A DNA stretch of 64,000 nt from Sphyrna mokarran (Eukaryota), in contig JAGIQG010000004.1 in NCBI GenBank assembly GCA_024679065.1, positions 62,620,001 to 62,684,000 on the forward strand, read 5' to 3'. Shown piece after piece: positions 63,757 through 64,000 of the stretch. Every line of letters starts with the position of its first letter. The stretch's first letter is position 1. The position numbers and the translations under genes were made by a program. The notes below the pieces were generated by a model. That model was not told the DNA's origin and did not search any database. It saw nothing but the letters and a program-made list of their open reading frames with translations.

Positions 63757-64000
63757 GAACAAACAATGAAGAACAAAACAGCATGGGAAACAGGCCCTTC
63801 GGCCTACGAGCCTGCGCCGCCACCCCGATGTTCCTCTACCCGCGATCCCTGTCCATGTTTGTAGATCTATGGGTTAAAAAATAAATTTGAGACAATTTAG
63901 CGAGAATTTGTTTTGTCAATTAGCCTAAGAGCCTAAATCTAAGCCTAATTAGCCTAAATCTTGGGGATGTGGGAGGAAACCGGAGCACCCGGAGAAAGCC
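63757..64000 (-). mobile_element. CR1/V-SINE chimeric-family copy running off the window
   Basis: Same 3' segment and start of the V-domain as 27566-27790. Confidence 0.75.

Noticed and set aside
1-64000. Prokaryote-type systems (CRISPR, retrons, operons), rRNA or true tRNA genes, RSS-flanked gene segments
   Set aside because: None seen. All RT sequences are LINE-type, tRNA-like boxes belong to SINEs, and the V exon ends in a splice donor with no adjacent CACAGTG heptamer.

Overview
Vertebrate genomic DNA, most likely from a cartilaginous fish (shark). This is inferred from HE1/V-SINE-type repeats, dense CR1 LINEs and the shark-type Harbinger and Penelope pieces. One intact host gene can be assembled by hand on the minus strand (14548-7880; 7 coding exons, all GT-AG and phase-compatible; 359 aa). 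It encodes an immunoglobulin-superfamily receptor: leader, short V-like domain, C1-set domain, transmembrane segment, and a tail with four tyrosine motifs of which three are consensus ITIMs. This makes it a SIRP-like inhibitory receptor. The rest of the window is mostly mobile DNA. There are about ten CR1 pieces (one near full length with a SGNH-esterase ORF1), Rex1-like and older LINE relics, and a chimeric CR1/V-SINE retroposon family present in six copies. A decayed PIF/Harbinger transposon (Myb/SANT gene on +, HARBI1-like nuclease on -, ~230 bp TIRs) is stretched to ~22.5 kb by nested insertions. A ~1.3 kb palindrome, a 374 bp tandem duplication and a 137-N assembly gap are also present. 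All calls were made by eye; no database searches were run, and repeat boundaries are approximate.
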